DNA of 60,019 nt, filler included. It is 7 parts of 7 records of this genome, joined end to end, with 100 filler letters (N's around TTAATTAATTAA, not from the genome) between each part and the next. Parts side by side here need not be neighbours in the genome. Positions count along the whole stretch, not along the records: positions 35,759 to 42,125 come from SRR31156797_10197; positions 42,226 to 54,695 come from SRR31156797_10198; 5 more parts are not named here. One strand, written 5' to 3'. The position numbers and the translations under genes were made by a program. Shown piece by piece: positions 37,340-47,818 of this stretch (positions are counted from its first letter, which is position 1; each line of letters begins with the position of its first letter). The notes beneath the pieces are model-generated. The model worked only from the letters and a program-made list of their open reading frames with translations. It was not told the DNA's origin and did no database searches.

Positions 37340-38239
37340 GTGAAGTATTCTCTTTTATTTATTTGGATTTTTTCATGCTCAATTCTAACCTATGGACAGG
37401 AGTTGCAGTGTTCTGTATCTGTAGTTTCGCCAAGTGTTCAAGGGACAAATAAACAAGTTTTTGAAACCATGCAAACTGCCATTCGAGAGTTTATGAATGG
37501 TCAAAAATGGACAGATAATGTTTTTAGTCCTGAAGAAAGAATAGAATGCAGTATCATGATCAATATAAAAGAGATTCAATCGGTTGATGAGTTTTCTGGT
37601 TCTATTCAAATTCAAGCTCGTCGTCCTGTTTATAATTCAGCTTACAGTTCTGTTATTTTGAATTATCTCGATAATGATTTTTCATTTAAATATGTGGAGT
37701 TTGAGCCATTAATTTATAATACCTCTTCATTTGAGTCTAATTTGGTGGGTGTTTTAGCCTATTATTCCTACGTTATTTTAGGATTTGACTATGATAGCTT
37801 CTCAAAAATGGGTGGGACTAAATATATGGAGAAAGCAGAACAAATCGTTAATCAGGCACAAAATTCATCGAGCAAAGGCTGGCGTTCTTTTGAAAGTACC
37901 CGAAATAGATATTGGTTGGTAGAAAATTATTTGAATGAACATCATCGTCCATTACGAGAATGTGTTTATGAGTATTATAGATTAGGTTTGGATCAGATGA
38001 GTGAAAAACCTGAGGCTGGAAGAAAAGAGGTTTTAAGCGCCTTGGAAAAACTTCAAAAGGTGCACAGAAGGAAGCCGGGTTCATTTGCCATGCAGGTGTT
38101 CTTTGATGCAAAATCAGATGAAATCATAAATATATTCTCAGAATCTTTTTCCATGGAAAAAAGCAGGGCAATTGAAGTATTATCTGAGGTTGATCCTGCG
38201 AATGCTACAAAATATAAAAAATCGATATCCGAAAAATAG
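37340..38239 (+). CDS. DUF4835 family exported protein (PorD-like, T9SS-associated)
   Basis: Signal peptide, QEL.C, F.N..WT, EERIEC, RPVY, RYWLVEN, FFDAKSDE; sits between coaBC and recN. Confidence 0.85.
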   Translation: MKYSLLFIWIFSCSILTYGQELQCSVSVVSPSVQGTNKQVFETMQTAIREFMNGQKWTDNVFSPEERIECSIMINIKEIQSVDEFSGSIQIQARRPVYNSAYSSVILNYLDNDFSFKYVEFEPLIYNTSSFESNLVGVLAYYSYVILGFDYDSFSKMGGTKYMEKAEQIVNQAQNSSSKGWRSFESTRNRYWLVENYLNEHHRPLRECVYEYYRLGLDQMSEKPEAGRKEVLSALEKLQKVHRRKPGSFAMQVFFDAKSDEIINIFSESFSMEKSRAIEVLSEVDPANATKYKKSISEK

Positions 38240-38253
38240 AATAATGTAAATCT

Positions 38254-39918
38254 ATGCTTAAGTCATTATTTGTTTCAAATTACGCATTAATAGATCAGGT
38301 TGAAATTGATTTTGAAAGTGGTTTTTCTGTAATAACAGGTGAAACAGGAGCTGGTAAATCAATTATTTTAGGTGCTCTAGGTTTGGTTCTTGGGCAACGA
38401 AGTGATGTGTCCGTTTTAAAAAATAAGGATAAAAAAAGTGTGGTTGAAGCTGTATTCAACATTTCAGGGTACGGATTCGAAAGGGAATTTAAGGAAGAGG
38501 ATGTAGATTTTGAAGAGGAAACAACCATTAGAAGAGAGATTTTGAGTTCGGGCAAGTCGAGAGCTTTTGTTAATGATACACCTGTAAATCTTAACTTTTT
38601 AAAGAGTCTTTCTTTAAGATTAATTGATGTGCATTCTCAGCATCAAAATTTATTATTGGGAGATAATACATTTCAGCTTAATGTGGTGGATGTTGTTGCT
38701 GATAATGCAAAGCTAAAATCGGCTTATGTTAAAGTTTATGATTCGTTTAAGGCTTTAGTAAATAAAAAGAAAAAGCTTGAACAAGAAAATGAAAAGTTAA
38801 AACAGGAAGCTGATTTTGTTCAGTTTCAATATAATGAGTTGGCTCAGCTAAATTTGAAAGAAAACGAACAAGTTGAGTTAGAGTCGGAACAGCAGATGCT
38901 TTCTCATGCCGAAGAAATAAAGGGTAACCTATTTGCATGCGTGGAATCTTTGAATGGAGAGGAAGTTTCGATTTTATCATCACTTAAAGAGGTAAATAAG
39001 CATCTTGAAAAAATTAAAGATTTTCTCCCTAATGGAGAAGAATGGTGTAGCAGGGCAGATTCTGCTTATTTGGAATTGGAGGATCTGACAAAGGAGTTAA
39101 GCCTAAAAATGGATGGGATAGAGCATGATCCATCCAGATTAGAATTTGTGAATACACGTTTGGATGAGATTTACAAGTTGCAGCAAAAGCATAGGGTAGA
39201 GTCTGTGGAGGAATTAATTCAAATTAGGGATGATTTCAAATTACAATTAGATAAAGTATCTTCTTTTGATGAGGATTTAAAGGATTTAGAAAAAGAAATT
39301 AAAGTAGCTAAAAGTGAATTGCAAATTTCAGCCGATAAATTAAGTACTTCGCGTAAAAAGAAAATACCAGTTATAGAAAAACAATTGGTTGGACAATTGA
39401 AAGAACTGGGTATGCCTAATGCTCAGTTGATAGTGCAGTGCGATAAAAAAGAGGACTTTACAGAAAATGGTTTGGATGATATTAACTTTCTGTTCTCTGC
39501 CAATAAAAAAGGTGAACTTTCAGCTATTCCTAAAGTGGCTTCCGGAGGTGAAATGTCCAGGGTGATGCTGTGTATTAAAGCACTTCTTTCTGTTTCTAAA
39601 GGTCTGCCAACAATAATTTTTGATGAGATTGATACTGGTGTTTCTGGTGAAGTGGCTGATAAAATGGGTAGTATCATGCAGGAAATATCAGAAAATATTC
39701 AGGTTATCAGTATTACGCATTTACCTCAGATTGCAGTTAAAGGAAAGCATCATTACAAAGTTTACAAAACGGACAATGATGATGGAACGCAATCCAGCAT
39801 TGACAAATTAAACTACGATTTAAGAATAACAGAGATAGCAAAAATGCTTAGTGGAAGTAACTTAACTGATGCAGCATTAACCAATGCTAAAGAACTTTTG
39901 GGTGAACCAATTGAGTAG
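38254..39918 (+). CDS. recN: DNA repair protein RecN
   Basis: TGETGAGKS, HSQH, ASGGE.SR, FDEIDTG, ITHLPQ. Confidence 0.98.
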   Translation: MLKSLFVSNYALIDQVEIDFESGFSVITGETGAGKSIILGALGLVLGQRSDVSVLKNKDKKSVVEAVFNISGYGFEREFKEEDVDFEEETTIRREILSSGKSRAFVNDTPVNLNFLKSLSLRLIDVHSQHQNLLLGDNTFQLNVVDVVADNAKLKSAYVKVYDSFKALVNKKKKLEQENEKLKQEADFVQFQYNELAQLNLKENEQVELESEQQMLSHAEEIKGNLFACVESLNGEEVSILSSLKEVNKHLEKIKDFLPNGEEWCSRADSAYLELEDLTKELSLKMDGIEHDPSRLEFVNTRLDEIYKLQQKHRVESVEELIQIRDDFKLQLDKVSSFDEDLKDLEKEIKVAKSELQISADKLSTSRKKKIPVIEKQLVGQLKELGMPNAQLIVQCDKKEDFTENGLDDINFLFSANKKGELSAIPKVASGGEMSRVMLCIKALLSVSKGLPTIIFDEIDTGVSGEVADKMGSIMQEISENIQVISITHLPQIAVKGKHHYKVYKTDNDDGTQSSIDKLNYDLRITEIAKMLSGSNLTDAALTNAKELLGEPIE

Positions 39919-40022
39919 TTATGTGTTTCATTTTCAGATTTGTAAGTGCCTAGATCAGGGTGGCTTCATTTATAATTGATAAATAATTAAACTTTAGAGT
40001 ATCGACAAATAAGTTATTCGTA

Positions 40023-40030
40023 TATATTTG
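40023..40030 (+). promoter_or_regulatory. Bacteroidota -7 promoter element for fabI
   Basis: TATATTTG matches TAnnTTTG, 23 bp before ATG. Confidence 0.55.
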
Positions 40031-40053
40031 TACGCTCAAAATTGAAGATTAAA

Positions 40054-40899
40054 ATGGGATATAATTTATTAAAAGGAAAAAGAGGGATTATTTTCGGGGC
40101 ATTAAATGATATGTCTATCGCTTGGAAAGTTGCAGAGTTAGCGCATGCAGAAGGAGCAACTTTTACATTGACAAATACTCCGGTTGCTTGTCGTATGGGA
40201 ACTTTAACTGAGTTGTCAGAAAAATGTAATGCAGAAGTAATCCCTGCAGACGCAACAAGTGTTGAAGATTTAGAAAATGTTTTTGCTAAATCGATGGAAG
40301 TACTTGGAGGCAAAATCGATTTCGTTTTGCACTCAATTGGTATGTCACTAAACGTGCGTAAAAAAAGACCTTATCACGATTTAAATTATAACTATCTAAA
40401 TAAAACTTTAGATATTTCTGCTATTTCATTTCATAAAATGTTGCAGGTAGGTTTTAAAATGGATGCCATTAGCGAATGGGGTTCGGTTTTAGGTCTTTCT
40501 TATGTTGCAGCTCAACGTTCATTCTATGGATATAACGATATGGCTGATGCAAAATCATTGTTAGAATCAATTGCTCGTAGCTTTGGATATATCTACGGTC
40601 GTGAGAAAAAAGTTCGTGTAAATACTATTTCTCAATCGCCAACGGTAACTACTGCAGGTAGTGGAGTTAAAGGGTTTGACGGATTAATGGACTTCTCAGA
40701 AAGAATGTCTCCACTTGGAAATGCTACTGCGGAAGAGTGTGCAGGATACTGTGTGACGATGTTCTCAGATTTAACCAAGAAAGTTACTATGCAAAACCTT
40801 TTCCATGATGGAGGATTCTCTAATGTGGGTATGAGTTTAAGAGCCATGACTCAGTACAACAAAAGTTTTGATGTAGACGATATTAGCAAGTTAGACTAA
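40054..40899 (+). CDS. fabI: Enoyl-ACP reductase (NADH)
   Basis: GKRGIIFGALND.SIAW, HSIGMS, Y.DMADAK, RVNTISQSPT. Confidence 0.93.
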   Translation: MGYNLLKGKRGIIFGALNDMSIAWKVAELAHAEGATFTLTNTPVACRMGTLTELSEKCNAEVIPADATSVEDLENVFAKSMEVLGGKIDFVLHSIGMSLNVRKKRPYHDLNYNYLNKTLDISAISFHKMLQVGFKMDAISEWGSVLGLSYVAAQRSFYGYNDMADAKSLLESIARSFGYIYGREKKVRVNTISQSPTVTTAGSGVKGFDGLMDFSERMSPLGNATAEECAGYCVTMFSDLTKKVTMQNLFHDGGFSNVGMSLRAMTQYNKSFDVDDISKLD

Positions 40900-40910
40900 T
40901 GAAATATAAT

Positions 40911-40937
40911 AAGGCATCGAAAGATGCCTTTTGTTTT
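40911..40937 (+). terminator. Rho-independent terminator after fabI
   Basis: AAGGCATC-GAAA-GATGCCTT followed by TTGTTTT. Confidence 0.85.
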
Positions 40938-40954
40938 CCTACTAATTAGTAGGA
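40937..40954. promoter_or_regulatory. Perfect 18-bp palindrome upstream of cysD, candidate operator
   Basis: TCCTACTAATTAGTAGGA is its own reverse complement. Confidence 0.55.
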
Positions 40955-41006
40955 TTTTTTGTTTTTAGCCAAAAGCATATAAATTTTATAGTATCGCTAA
41001 AAACAT

Positions 41007-41014
41007 TAACTTTG
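41007..41014 (+). promoter_or_regulatory. Bacteroidota -7 promoter element for cysDN
   Basis: TAACTTTG matches TAnnTTTG. Confidence 0.55.
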
Positions 41015-41058
41015 GCTGCGTTTTTATAACCTGCATGGTAAAACAACATTAAATAATT

Positions 41059-41964
41059 ATGGATAAATACCAGATTAATCACCTTAGAGAACTAGAAGCT
41101 GAATCAATTTTTGTGATTCGTGAGGTGGCAGCTCAGTTCGAAAACCCGGTGATGCTTTTTTCCGGAGGGAAAGATTCAATTGTAATGTTTCACTTGGCTC
41201 GTAAGGCTTTTTACCCGGCAAAAGTACCTTTTGCATTGTTGCACATTGATACCGGACATAATTTTCAGGAAACATTGGATTACAGAGATAATTTAATGGA
41301 GAAAACTGGAACAAAGTGCATTGTGCGTTATGTTCAGGATTCAATTGATCAAGGAAAAGCTGTTGAAGAGAAAGGTGTAAATGCCTCTCGAAATAAACTA
41401 CAAACTGTAACACTTTTAGATGCATTGGAAGAGTTAAAAACTGATGCAGCTATGGGGGGGGGGAGACGTGATGAAGAAAAAGCAAGAGCTAAAGAAAGAT
41501 TCTTTTCACATAGAGATGAATTTGGTCAGTGGGATCCTAAAAATCAACGTCCGGAGCTTTGGAATATCTTTAATGGTCGCAAACATATGGGAGAACACTT
41601 TAGAGTTTTTCCAATTAGTAACTGGACCGAGATGGATGTATGGCAATACATCTATATGGAGCAAATAGAATTACCAAGTCTGTATTTTACTCATAAGCGT
41701 AAGGTATTTAATCGTGATGGAGTTTGGATGTTTAAAGCTCCATTTATGCAGTTAAAACCAGGAGAAGAATTGATTGAGAAAGATGTTAGATGTAGAACGA
41801 TTGGAGATATAACCTGTACAGGATTAACATTGTCGAAGGCTAATGATCTGGAAGATATTATTCAGGAAGTAGCAGCTACCAGAACTACAGAGCGTGGAGG
41901 TAGAGCAGATGATAAACGTTCTGAATCAGCAATGGAAGATCGAAAAAAAGAAGGATACTTTTAA
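41059..41964 (+). CDS. cysD: Sulfate adenylyltransferase subunit 2
   Basis: FSGGKDS, RRDEEKARAKER, WDPKNQRPELW, MEDRKKEGYF. Confidence 0.98.
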   Translation: MDKYQINHLRELEAESIFVIREVAAQFENPVMLFSGGKDSIVMFHLARKAFYPAKVPFALLHIDTGHNFQETLDYRDNLMEKTGTKCIVRYVQDSIDQGKAVEEKGVNASRNKLQTVTLLDALEELKTDAAMGGGRRDEEKARAKERFFSHRDEFGQWDPKNQRPELWNIFNGRKHMGEHFRVFPISNWTEMDVWQYIYMEQIELPSLYFTHKRKVFNRDGVWMFKAPFMQLKPGEELIEKDVRCRTIGDITCTGLTLSKANDLEDIIQEVAATRTTERGGRADDKRSESAMEDRKKEGYF

Positions 41965-41990
41965 TCAATATTACATAGCATCAAATTATT

Positions 41991-42125
41991 ATGAGCGAAA
42001 AGAATTCAGGATATTTAGATATGGAGCTTTTACGTTTCACCACTGCTGGTAGTGTTGATGACGGAAAAAGTACTTTAATCGGAAGATTATTATACGATAG
42101 TAAAGCCATTTTCGAAGATCAAATG
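41991..42125 (+). CDS. cysN: Sulfate adenylyltransferase subunit 1, 5' fragment
   Basis: [26 protein letters not shown]. Confidence 0.95.
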
Positions 42126-42225
42126 NNNNNNNNNNNNNNNNNNNNNNNNNNNNNNNNNNNNNNNNNNNNTTAATTAATTAANNNNNNNNNNNNNNNNNNN
42201 NNNNNNNNNNNNNNNNNNNNNNNNN
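42126..42225. other. Artificial contig linker
   Basis: N44-TTAATTAATTAA-N44. Confidence 0.98.
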
Positions 42226-44886
42226 AAGTGATGAATAACCGGTACCAAAATCATCTATAGATATTTTAACACCAAAATTTCTTATTTTTTCAAGCATAAC
42301 AGTTATTTCATCCATGTTACTCTTGAATATAGATTCTGTAATTTCAATTTCCAGTTGCTCAGGTTTTATATTATGATATTCAACTGCATCTGTTATTGTA
42401 CTTACAAAATTGATATCATCAAATTGCTTTGCTGATACATTTATTGCTAAATTAAGTTCTATTCCACAAGTATTTAATTTCTTAATCATTTTACATGCTT
42501 CATTAATAACCCAATATCCAAGAGGAACAATTAAGCCTCTTTCCTCAGCAATTTTTATAAATTGAGCAGGACTAATTAGTTTATTCGACTCATCGTGTAA
42601 TCGAATTAATGCTTCTCCTCCAAAAATCGATTTAACACCATTTGTTACTCTTATTTTAGGTTGGATATGGAGCTCAAATTGATTATTGCTTAATCCTTTT
42701 TTAATTTTAGATTCCATTTTAAGGTTTTCAAGATTTTTATCCTGAATCTCTTTTGAGTAATAACAATAAGTATTTTTACCTAACTCTTTAGCTCTATACA
42801 TAGCGGAGTCAGCTTTCATAAGAAGTTCCTCAATATCTAAAGAATCAAGAGGTGCTTCTACAATACCGATACTTACACCTAAGAAAACTTCCATTTGATC
42901 TAAGAAAAAAGGTTCTGCAATTTCATGAATGATTTTCTCAGCTACTATTTCAGGAGTGTAATGCTCATCAGTATCCTGAAGTATTATCACAAACTCATCT
43001 CCACCAAGTCTAGCTACAGTATCACTGTTTTTAACAACAGTTTTTAGTCGTTTAGCAGTTTCGATTAATATCAGATCACCTTTGGAATGTCCAAAGTTAT
43101 CATTAACTCCTTTGAAAGCGTCTAAATCAAGGAACATAATACTTAAATGCCCATTTTCTACTTCAATTTGCTCTAAACCTTTCTTCATAATTTCATGACA
43201 ATGAAATCTGTTAGGAAGGCCCGTTAATGAGTCATAATATGCAAGTTCCTTAACTCTTTCTTCACTTTTCTTTAATTTACTTATATCAGAAAAGATACCA
43301 ATATAGTTGGTTGCATCTCCTTCGTCATTTTTAAGAATATTAATTGAAAGCCAAGAAGGAACAGCATTTCCTAATTTATTTTTATACCAAAATTCTCCAG
43401 TCCATATACTATTACGATTAAAAAGAAGCCAAAGCTTTTTGTAAAACATTTTATTATGTACTCCTGAACGAATTATAGATATATGTTTTCCTATTAATTC
43501 CTCTCTGCTGAAGTGAGTACTTCGACAAAATGAATCATTAACTCTAATTATTCTTGCATTAAGATCAGTTATACATACACCATCTGCAGTTTGGTTAATA
43601 ATTTTTTCCGATAAGCTTAACTCCTTATTTGCTGTTTCTAACTCAGTTTTTCTTTTAATAAATACATCACGTACATATGAGTGTAAGAAAAAAGCTGTAC
43701 AATAAAATGCAAGTCTGGCAATATGACCTACCATATTGACTTCTATATTAACAATAGGATATCTATAAGCAAGTACTGTCTCAAAAATTACTCCGGTCAA
43801 AAAAATAATGACTGATAGACGTTTTGATTCGAAAACTGTAGTTATAATAAGATAGATTATAGGTAAAATCCAAAGAAAATCAAGTCTTGGTTTAACATCA
43901 CCTCTAAATAACATCTGTAAAATAGATGCTGACATAATTAAGACTAAGATTGAGTCCTGAGTATTTTTATTTTTTATCATTCTGGGAGTGAAATGAATTA
44001 ATGTCCCAATAACTATAAAAATTACACTAGTTATCATGACTGTATGAATATTATCAGGTTCCTCCATTAATGTAAAAAATATAAATCCGGAAACTAAGTA
44101 AAAGATGATTCCTATACTTCTGTAAAAGCCATATCTAAGTTTGGGAGTCAGGATTAACTCTTGATTATTATCATGATCATCAGTAAATGAGATTGGTTTA
44201 TGTTTGGCTATAAAAGCACGGATTGAAACTAAACCTATTAAAAGATAAAACGGTTCAATTGAAGGAATTAATACTCCATAGTTTTTCTTCAATACCAGAT
44301 CATAGAAATTGGTTATTAATACTAAGATTATAATTAAAAATATATTTAAAATTAATAATTTTTTTAAGTTTTCTTTTCTACTTCTTTTAAAAATAAAGAA
44401 CATTATTACTAGTGATAGAGCAATGTTGACAGAGTAATATATCCTGAAGTAAAGATCAAAACCTGAGAATGTTTCAAGATTTACCCAGCCTAGTTCTGTT
44501 AGGATTAGAGCATATTCGCCATTAGTAAAAGGTGTATAAAATGCAAAAATAAACCAGTTTAGTATAACTGGAATATAAATTAAATATACAGATTTCTTTT
44601 TGAAGAGGCGGTGATATCCACTATATACTAGGAAAAAATGAAGTACAAAAGTAAATGAACTTCCCCATCCAATAGCAGCTACTCTCCTCCAAAATATCGC
44701 TAACTTATAATTAATCGTTGCATTACACAGTCCGATAGCTTCTGTCCAGATAGCAAATGATATGCATAGTAGAAAGTAGATTACATTATTTTTATTTTTT
44801 GGATTTCTAACTAAAATGCTTATTCCTGAAAAGAAGAAAAAGACAAATAGTAAATGATACGAAATTGTAAAAGTGTTTTTTAACAT
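42226..44886 (-). CDS. Multi-TM sensor PAS-GGDEF-EAL protein, 3'-truncated at contig edge
   Basis: 7TM-like N-terminus plus further TMs, PAS, YDSLTGLPNR, ARLGGDEF, EALIR, DDFGTGYSSL. Confidence 0.92.
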
Positions 44887-45297
44887 GATTCCACCCTAAT
44901 AATTTTTTCAATTTAATTAAACTTATTCAATATTATACTATAAAAACGCGTTTTTTTTAAGTAAAAAACACTATATTTACATTAACAATTTATAATTGCT
45001 TGATTTTAAAGTATAATTTAACCGTAATTTTAAGTTACTATAGCTTAAATCGATTATGAATTATCTAATATTTATTAGCGGTGAAAAACTTTACAAAAGT
45101 AACAATAAGTAATTTACCATTTAATATAGTAGCAAATTAAGTTTAGGAAGAATGATTAATAAACATCAATAAAATAGATACTAATTCCAAAACTATGTGT
45201 CATTTAATGTCTTTTTTTAGTTTGATTTATAAGTTATAATGTATTATTGTGTGAAGCTGATGGGAATTGAAAATCATAAAAGGGGATGAGATTATAG

Positions 45298-46179
45298 ATG
45301 AAAATGGTATTTACTATTATATTAAGTTTACTTATACTGGGATGTTCTGACTCTAGTGATACTAGCGCAACTAATACAGATACAAATATTTACACGTTAA
45401 CAGTAGGGAGTATGGATACTTCTCAAGGAAGTGTTGAAAGAAGTAGTTCTCAAAATCAATACTCTACCACTGATCAAGTTATGCTAACAGCAGTTCCTGT
45501 AAGTGGTTATCAGTTTAAAACTTGGGTTGGAGATAGCGAGTATGAATCTAGCACAAGTAATCCACTAACAGTTATTACAGATCATAATATAACTTTGTAC
45601 GCAAAATTTGAAGAAGATAACTCGTTTAAATTGGAAAGTGTAAAAAGTAGTATTGATGATTATATTTCTGAAGGTGAGATTAATTATGAAGAACTTAATA
45701 AAATACATGATTTCTATGTAGAATTGATTGGAAGTTATACTCATGAAAATGTAATGCTAAAATATTTAGAGTTGAAGAATCTATATTTACAATCGACTAA
45801 CTCAGAATTAGTTACTTATGCTACTTCAGAGAAATTTGAAAATAATTTATTAATTATGAGTTTTAAAATTGCAGTTGAAAATAATAGATTTATATTTACT
45901 GATACCTTCATCGAAGATAATAGTTTCATCAACAAGTCATCAGTTATATTAAAGAGTATTGATAAATGCGAATTAACTTTAAAAATAAAAGTAGGGGATG
46001 ACTACGTTGAAAAAGATTTTAGTTATTTTAATGAGGCAAACTATACTGAGATGGGCTATATAAGCATTGGAAACTTTTATGTCAATGTTAAAGATGGATA
46101 TGGAGAATACATTGGAGATAAACTAGCCTTTGCAACTGTTATTTCAGATGATGTTTATGCTTTGTGGCTGGTTTTCTAA
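45298..46179 (+). CDS. Lipoprotein with one InlB-B/Flg_new-like repeat domain
   Basis: Lipobox ILGC; YTLTV..G.V...V.LTA.P..GY.F..W.GD...N.TLYAKF. Confidence 0.7.
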   Translation: MKMVFTIILSLLILGCSDSSDTSATNTDTNIYTLTVGSMDTSQGSVERSSSQNQYSTTDQVMLTAVPVSGYQFKTWVGDSEYESSTSNPLTVITDHNITLYAKFEEDNSFKLESVKSSIDDYISEGEINYEELNKIHDFYVELIGSYTHENVMLKYLELKNLYLQSTNSELVTYATSEKFENNLLIMSFKIAVENNRFIFTDTFIEDNSFINKSSVILKSIDKCELTLKIKVGDDYVEKDFSYFNEANYTEMGYISIGNFYVNVKDGYGEYIGDKLAFATVISDDVYALWLVF

Positions 46180-46340
46180 ATATTAAATTGTATCATTTGG
46201 ATGAATGATCATATTACTTTATACCAAATCTACTCTTGTAATTCCCAATCATCTCAAATAATAATATTCCTATATTATAACTATCTATAATCTATTTGTA
46301 AAAATGAAACAAGATACCTGATAACTTTGTTTTGGAAATT

Positions 46341-46379
46341 AAAAAGAAGCATAGAAATTTAGTTCAATTTCTATACTTC
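46341..46379 (-). terminator. Rho-independent terminator after exonuclease gene
   Basis: 14-bp stem with one G-U pair then T5 on the minus strand. Confidence 0.7.
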
Positions 46380-46397
46380 AATAATTAAGTTTTATTT

Positions 46398-46991
46398 TTA
46401 TCTTCTGGCACTACTGCACGGAGTGTATCCACCTGGAAACAATTTACCGATTTTAATATTTAGTTTATTAGCTAATTCCACTGGTGAATCAACATCTTCA
46501 TATTTGCATGCATTAATTAATGCATTTGCGCAAGCTAATGAGTCATCTAATGCATCATGGTGTGTAAATTTAAAATCTAAAAAATGAGATATTCCATCAA
46601 GTTTATGATTAGCTAATTCCGGCCATGTTCTCTTCGCAATCTTAACAGTACATAGATAATCAAGAGTAGGATATTCCATTCCGTATAGATCAAGTGACTT
46701 TCTAAGAACACTCATATCAAATGCAGCGTTATGAGCAACTACTAACTGACCTTCTAATTTCTCTCTAAAAATCTTTTTGTATAATTCACCAAACTCCGGT
46801 TTATTTCTGACATGCTCCGGTCTGATTTTATGAATACGAATATTCCAATAATCAAATTTCATATCAATAGGTCTGATTAACCAAGAATCTTTTTCAACAA
46901 CTACACCATTTTCAACCTTAACAATTCCTAATGCACATGCACTAGCCGCATTCCTATTCGCTGTTTCGAAATCTATAACAGTAAAATTCAT
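46398..46991 (-). CDS. DEDDh 3'-5' exonuclease (DnaQ-like)
   Basis: IDFETA, AHNAAFD, HHDALDD. Confidence 0.92.
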   Translation of the reverse strand: MNFTVIDFETANRNAASACALGIVKVENGVVVEKDSWLIRPIDMKFDYWNIRIHKIRPEHVRNKPEFGELYKKIFREKLEGQLVVAHNAAFDMSVLRKSLDLYGMEYPTLDYLCTVKIAKRTWPELANHKLDGISHFLDFKFTHHDALDDSLACANALINACKYEDVDSPVELANKLNIKIGKLFPGGYTPCSSARR

Positions 46992-47087
46992 CTAACTCCC
47001 CGTTCTTAATAATTAAAAATTATAATATACTAAGAATAATCATAACTTATTTTACGTGTTTTGTCAATATTTGAAGAAAAGAAGAGT

Positions 47088-47717
47088 TTATAAATGGCCA
47101 TTAAGAGCAAACTTTATTAATCCAAAAGAGATACTCAGCATGGTTAAACCGATCATTATATCTAAAATTCTCCATGTAATCTCTTTTTTAAATACCGGTA
47201 TGAGAATCCTTGCGCCGTAAGCTAAACCAAAAAACCATATAAAGGAAGCAGTGTATGTTCCAATTAGAAAATCCATTCTCTGAGAAACCGGATATTTTGA
47301 TCCAATACTTCCGATTAAAATAACTGTATCTAAGTACACATGCGGATTTAATAAACTCAGAGCTAAAAGAGTAATTATTGTTTTTTTGAGAGATAAGCTA
47401 TCATCCTCATTACTAATTGTAAAATTATCACTTTTTTTTATTGCCCTAATAATAGATGAAATTCCATAGTATGAAAGAAATAAGACTCCAAAGACTGTAG
47501 AAAGAAGCAGGAAAAATTTATTCTCTCCAATAAGACTTCCTAATCCTAAAGTTCCTAATGTAATTAGAGTGACATCAATTAAGAAGCAAGTTAATGCAAC
47601 TGCAAACACATTATTTTTCAAAATTCCTTTTTTTAATACAAAGCTATTTTGTGCTCCTATTGCGACTATTAAACTTAAACCTAAACCAAATCCTTGACTT
47701 GTAACTGTAACATCCAT
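47088..47717 (-). CDS. LysE/ArgO family amino acid exporter
   Basis: LIVAIGAQNSFVL, LNPHVYLDT, WFFGL, WRILD. Confidence 0.93.
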   Translation of the reverse strand: MDVTVTSQGFGLGLSLIVAIGAQNSFVLKKGILKNNVFAVALTCFLIDVTLITLGTLGLGSLIGENKFFLLLSTVFGVLFLSYYGISSIIRAIKKSDNFTISNEDDSLSLKKTIITLLALSLLNPHVYLDTVILIGSIGSKYPVSQRMDFLIGTYTASFIWFFGLAYGARILIPVFKKEITWRILDIMIGLTMLSISFGLIKFALNGHL

Positions 47718-47770
47718 ATCTTCACCTCGTTTGTTTTTTTATGAACTACTATTGCTATTTGACTTAAAAC

Positions 47771-47802
47771 ATTATAAACTATAACGTATGCGATATAGTC
47801 AA
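47771..47802 (-). promoter_or_regulatory. MerR-type promoter/operator for the LysE/ArgO gene
   Basis: Minus strand TTGACT-N20-TATAAT with dyad ACTATAACGTATGCGATATAGT (47778-47799) spanning the spacer. Confidence 0.8.
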
Positions 47803-47818
47803 GGAGTTGATTGAAAAA

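Noticed and set aside
41059-42125. Linking cysDN with the cysteine synthase fusion or the Hdr/Qmo-like genes as one sulfur pathway
   Set aside because: They lie on different contigs, probably from different organisms
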